From a virus, in IMG/VR virus record IMGVR_UViG_3300025168_015970, positions 1 to 64,000 of that record: a DNA stretch of 64,000 nt; one strand, written 5' to 3'. Shown in pieces: positions 60,417 through 64,000 of the stretch. A program made the translations under genes and the position numbers. The number at the start of each line of letters is the position of its first letter. Position 1 is the first letter of the stretch. The notes below the pieces were generated by a model. It worked only from the letters and a program-made list of their open reading frames with translations. It did no database searches and was not told the DNA's origin.

Positions 60417-60428
60417 TAAATAATTTAT

Positions 60429-63155
60429 ATGTTCAGTACTAAACAATCAGACGTATTTTACAACGACGAAACAAAAGAAATGTTTGTTTGTACTGTGAGC
60501 TCTCTCTCTGCTGATAGATGTGATGGTACCTCAGAAATTGTATATGGAGCTGTTCCTTTAATATACAAAATAGATAAAAACACTAATTATAAAAGTAGAG
60601 TATATCCTAAAGACTTGACATCATTTAGTTTGAGTTCTAATTCTGATCTATTTGCAGTAACCCCAACTTGCCCTGAAGGTACAAATTTTGATTCCATAAC
60701 AAAACCTCTTATTAATTATAATAAAACTACATCAAGATATTCAGTAACATTCTTAGGAAGATATACTTCTGACTCAGACGGTCTTGGTCTTAATAATTTT
60801 ATATTTGAAGATGTAAATTCATATTTCCATTTACTTGATTCAAAAATTTATATCCCCAAAGATAAATTTACTGATGATCAATTTACATTTGAATCTGGTC
60901 ATTTAAATTCTGATTTATATATTGTAGGTAATACTGTTCGGAATGGTAAACCATCATGGTTCAACCCTAGTACCGGAGCTGAGATAGAAAGATCTCCTGA
61001 CTACTCAATCGGACCTATGCACGTACAATCTACAAGTAGTTTAGGTTTTAATTTAGTACTTGACCAAACAAACACTACTATAGACGCCATTACAGGAGAT
61101 AAATTTTACCCAATGTTGTACAGTGGAGGATTTATAACATATAATCCAAAATACGTTGCATTTGATCCAGAGTATACAATACGGGTAGATTTTAGAGCAA
61201 GATCGTTTAATGTACCAAGTCCAACTGCATATGGTGGAACTCAATCTGTAGGCGTTAGCGCTACGAGATGGGTACAACAATGGGCCCCTGCAGGAGCAGG
61301 AGAAGGGTTCTGTCTTTCGTTCTTTAGAAACCCAGAAAGAAATTCGTTTGTAATTCCTAATGGTATAGGTTCTACTCTAGGTTATGCTATAGCAGATTTT
61401 AGCCCTAATGAGGTAGCTGGTACAGCGCATTCGACAGTTGGATTGTTCAAGCGAAAGAATTGGAACCCAAATACTGGGTATACGGGTAGCCTTCCCTCCG
61501 GGGCAACTATTGATATGGGGATTGGTAATGTAGGTCAGCAAGGAGAAGGTTCTCCTGCAGATAGTTTCCTAGGGGTTGGTTTTGATATTGGTGGTAACTT
61601 TGCATATACATCAGAAGATAAAACTGGATGGTATGACGGTACTACTGCTACAATTTCTCCATGCTCGGTAGGTATAAGAGGTAGTAAGTTTTACGATACT
61701 CAGATACTCACATCTGTAGACATGAGCGCTACAGCAGGTGCAGCAGTACCAATGCATACTTCTGCAATGTCAGCTCAGTTTGTAGATTATAGAGTTGATT
61801 TGACTAATAGAGGTACGAAAGTAACAATTTACAATAAACTTACTAGTGAAACAGATTATAATACAATATTAGAATTAAGGCTGAATGCCGAAGTTGGAGT
61901 AAGTAATACTACAGGAGAAAAATATAACGCATGGAGAGGTTTTCAAAATAACCAACAAATAAAAAATGAAGAATTACCTCCTCTGAATGTAGGTTTATCT
62001 TTTACTACAAGTGATAAAGCTAGTCAATTTGAACTCCATAAGTTCGAAGTTACAGGAGTTAAAGTACATAACCCATGGGCTAGTGTTCTTCCAAAACTTA
62101 GAGAAGAAACAGTAACTGAAAAAATAGATTATTTACAAGAGTCTTCAAAAAATTTACGCAAGAAATTAATTAATGTTGATATTGGAGATACTAATGAGTA
62201 TAAAGCTGGAACAAGCACAGTAGATATAGAAATGGTGATTCCTGCAAAATCGAGAATAGCGAAAGCGGTCTCTGAAATATCAGACCCTGAAATCACATTA
62301 TGTGATGATAATAATCCAGAAATAATTGAACAGGATGTAGATATAAGGATTACAAAACTAAACCCTAATCAAATTGATAAAACAATTGAAGTCGCTGAAC
62401 TTGGAGGTAACCTTAAAATCCCAGGCTCAGTAACGGCTATTAAAAAGGATGGAAGAAATATTACAGGAGATACAATAACAGTACCGGAACCGATTATTAT
62501 TAATCCACCAGTTAATCTTATTACAGAATTAACTGCTCACTGTCGTTCAAGATTTGATAAGAACATTTTCGATCGTGAAAGTGATATACCAGCTTTTGTG
62601 TGGTTGAGAAGTAATAAAATAACAATTAATAATAAAGATTATTATCTCTTTATAGATAGTCTTGTATATCATGGTACGGGTACAAAATCAAACCAAGGGT
62701 GGAAAAAAGATAAAAGTACATCAACTATTTTATTCAAGCCTGAGAATAGAAAAAAAATAGAGAATAGATTTATACAATTAGTAACTACTCCGGGCGTTGA
62801 GTACAAGAAATACTGGGAAATACAACAAAACATGGGTGGGATAGGAATAACCCGGGGCTGGAAAAACACGGGAGGTAAATACGGTACCGACATAGATTTA
62901 ACAAAATTTTATACTAAAGATGTAGATAATTGGGATTTTGCTCCGTTAGGGGATGAGTTGGATAGGCACGGGGTCGACGAGAAGAGATTAAAGGAGTTGG
63001 GAACCACTTTCTTCGGTACTCCAAAAGGCATAACATGTATTGAGATTGAATATGAAAATGATGAGTATGGTGTCTATGTCTCAGAGGCTGGTACAAATAA
63101 AATTAAATTCTCATACACCGGTATCGCCGAAACTGGTGAGGGAGGAGGCGCGTAA
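60429..63155 (+). CDS. Structural protein with an L-type (legume/ConA-like) lectin domain
   Basis: GAGEGFCLSF..GIGSTLGY..FLGVGFDIGGN..VGLSFTT pattern; TAAATA promoter at 60417-60422. Confidence 0.6.
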   Translation: MFSTKQSDVFYNDETKEMFVCTVSSLSADRCDGTSEIVYGAVPLIYKIDKNTNYKSRVYPKDLTSFSLSSNSDLFAVTPTCPEGTNFDSITKPLINYNKTTSRYSVTFLGRYTSDSDGLGLNNFIFEDVNSYFHLLDSKIYIPKDKFTDDQFTFESGHLNSDLYIVGNTVRNGKPSWFNPSTGAEIERSPDYSIGPMHVQSTSSLGFNLVLDQTNTTIDAITGDKFYPMLYSGGFITYNPKYVAFDPEYTIRVDFRARSFNVPSPTAYGGTQSVGVSATRWVQQWAPAGAGEGFCLSFFRNPERNSFVIPNGIGSTLGYAIADFSPNEVAGTAHSTVGLFKRKNWNPNTGYTGSLPSGATIDMGIGNVGQQGEGSPADSFLGVGFDIGGNFAYTSEDKTGWYDGTTATISPCSVGIRGSKFYDTQILTSVDMSATAGAAVPMHTSAMSAQFVDYRVDLTNRGTKVTIYNKLTSETDYNTILELRLNAEVGVSNTTGEKYNAWRGFQNNQQIKNEELPPLNVGLSFTTSDKASQFELHKFEVTGVKVHNPWASVLPKLREETVTEKIDYLQESSKNLRKKLINVDIGDTNEYKAGTSTVDIEMVIPAKSRIAKAVSEISDPEITLCDDNNPEIIEQDVDIRITKLNPNQIDKTIEVAELGGNLKIPGSVTAIKKDGRNITGDTITVPEPIIINPPVNLITELTAHCRSRFDKNIFDRESDIPAFVWLRSNKITINNKDYYLFIDSLVYHGTGTKSNQGWKKDKSTSTILFKPENRKKIENRFIQLVTTPGVEYKKYWEIQQNMGGIGITRGWKNTGGKYGTDIDLTKFYTKDVDNWDFAPLGDELDRHGVDEKRLKELGTTFFGTPKGITCIEIEYENDEYGVYVSEAGTNKIKFSYTGIAETGEGGGA

Positions 63156-64000
63156 TGAATACCTTTACGTACACATTAACAGCAACCCCAGCAGCCGAAG
63201 GCGGTACAAAGACTAAATCTCAGTCTTTAACAGGTACCACTGATGTAACATTTTCCTTATCTGGATTAAACACTTTATACGAAGTTAACAATGACTATAA
63301 AATAAATAAGGTTGTTGTTGATTTTGATGACGGTAAGGAATTAGTTTTAACCAGATCTTTATCAGGTACAACTATTGCATCTTTATCTAGTGAAGCCTTT
63401 AATCATGTAATACAAACAGACTTTACCGACCAAGCAAAAAGACATGTATACTTTACCCTTTACAGAGACGATCAAAAAGTAGATGTAATAGATCTGAAGT
63501 TTACAATGTTTAAACCCCCTATTACTACTTACGAAGATGTAAACTTATTAAAAACTGACTACTTTAATAATGATGTAGATAATGAAAAATTACTATTAAC
63601 ATTTATTAATAAAAACCCTGAAGTATTAGGTTTAAGTTTATTAGATATTAATGTACCAGGGAAAGCTGGTTATGATCCATCTCTTACAACTAGTCAAAGT
63701 ACTAGTACCAATTCATTTACTGTAGGGTTTACAACTGATTATATACATACTCACGCATCAGAATCTAATACAGGTAATACAATTCAAGTAAGTCTAGGAG
63801 ATACTATTAACCCTAACACAGGTTTGCCTAAAGATAATGGAAAAATCTCTTTTAAATATAGAACAAGAGCCCCGGAGACTGCAGAATCAGGTAATAGTAA
63901 TGCAGTAGTAAATTTACCTAACAACCCTCATTTATTTTATGTACCATTAACTGCTAATTCCAGCTTTATACACTTAAGCGGTTTCTTGACTTGGAATTGT
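63155..64000 (+). CDS. Structural protein, partial (MNTFTYTLTATP...), not in the ORF track
   Basis: ATG overlaps the previous TAA; T/S-rich; VDFDDG PKD-like motif; appears to run off the right edge. Confidence 0.65.
   Translation, partial: MNTFTYTLTATPAAEGGTKTKSQSLTGTTDVTFSLSGLNTLYEVNNDYKINKVVVDFDDGKELVLTRSLSGTTIASLSSEAFNHVIQTDFTDQAKRHVYFTLYRDDQKVDVIDLKFTMFKPPITTYEDVNLLKTDYFNNDVDNEKLLLTFINKNPEVLGLSLLDINVPGKAGYDPSLTTSQSTSTNSFTVGFTTDYIHTHASESNTGNTIQVSLGDTINPNTGLPKDNGKISFKYRTRAPETAESGNSNAVVNLPNNPHLFYVPLTANSSFIHLSGFLTWNC

Noticed and set aside
1358-63096. Short antisense or alternate-frame ORFs in the track (e.g. 1358, 4009, 7749, 10134, 16787, 18674, 20433, 23880, 24327, 31199, 35180, 36249, 39655, 40499, 42367, 43969, 55427, 56520, 57910, 58637, 59157, 61053, 62669, 62914)
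   Set aside because: They lie wholly or mostly within well-supported genes and have no recognisable motifs; treated as shadow ORFs
1-64000. tRNA/rRNA genes, CRISPR arrays, IS elements, integrase, DGR
   Set aside because: Intergenic gaps are nearly all very short and I saw no cloverleaf, repeat-spacer array, transposase or reverse transcriptase; not checked with tools

Overview
This AT-rich 64 kb window comes from a large T4-like (contractile-tailed) bacteriophage with scrambled T4 synteny. It contains the T4 replication and recombination core (uvsY, uvsW, gp55, gp47, gp46, gp43, uvsX, gp41, gp32, gp45, RNase H, gp61, gp44, dUTPase). It also contains packaging and tail/baseplate genes (gp14, gp17, gp16-like, gp18, gp19, gp48/53/27/25/6-like and large carbohydrate-binding baseplate proteins). 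Accessory genes are phoH, a ferredoxin and a glycan island at the left end. Main findings: (1) A 7-deazaguanine pathway (folE, queD, queE, queC plus a stand-alone class-II amidotransferase and an NMP-kinase-like gene) occurs with a dTDP-rhamnose pathway (rmlA, rmlB, NRS/ER-type epimerase-reductase) and two glycosyltransferases. Several of these genes lie inside the replication operon, and the polymerase has an unusual motif B (N-R-I-Y-G). Together these suggest a possibly sugar-decorated deazaguanine DNA modification. (2) Many early/middle and late promoters sit only 5-9 nt from the start codon, implying largely leaderless mRNAs. (3) A family of late, reverse-strand proteins shares a capsid-targeting-like N-terminus and includes an ADP-ribosyltransferase-like and a HIGH-nucleotidyltransferase domain. 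All calls come from motif recognition by eye; no searches were run.
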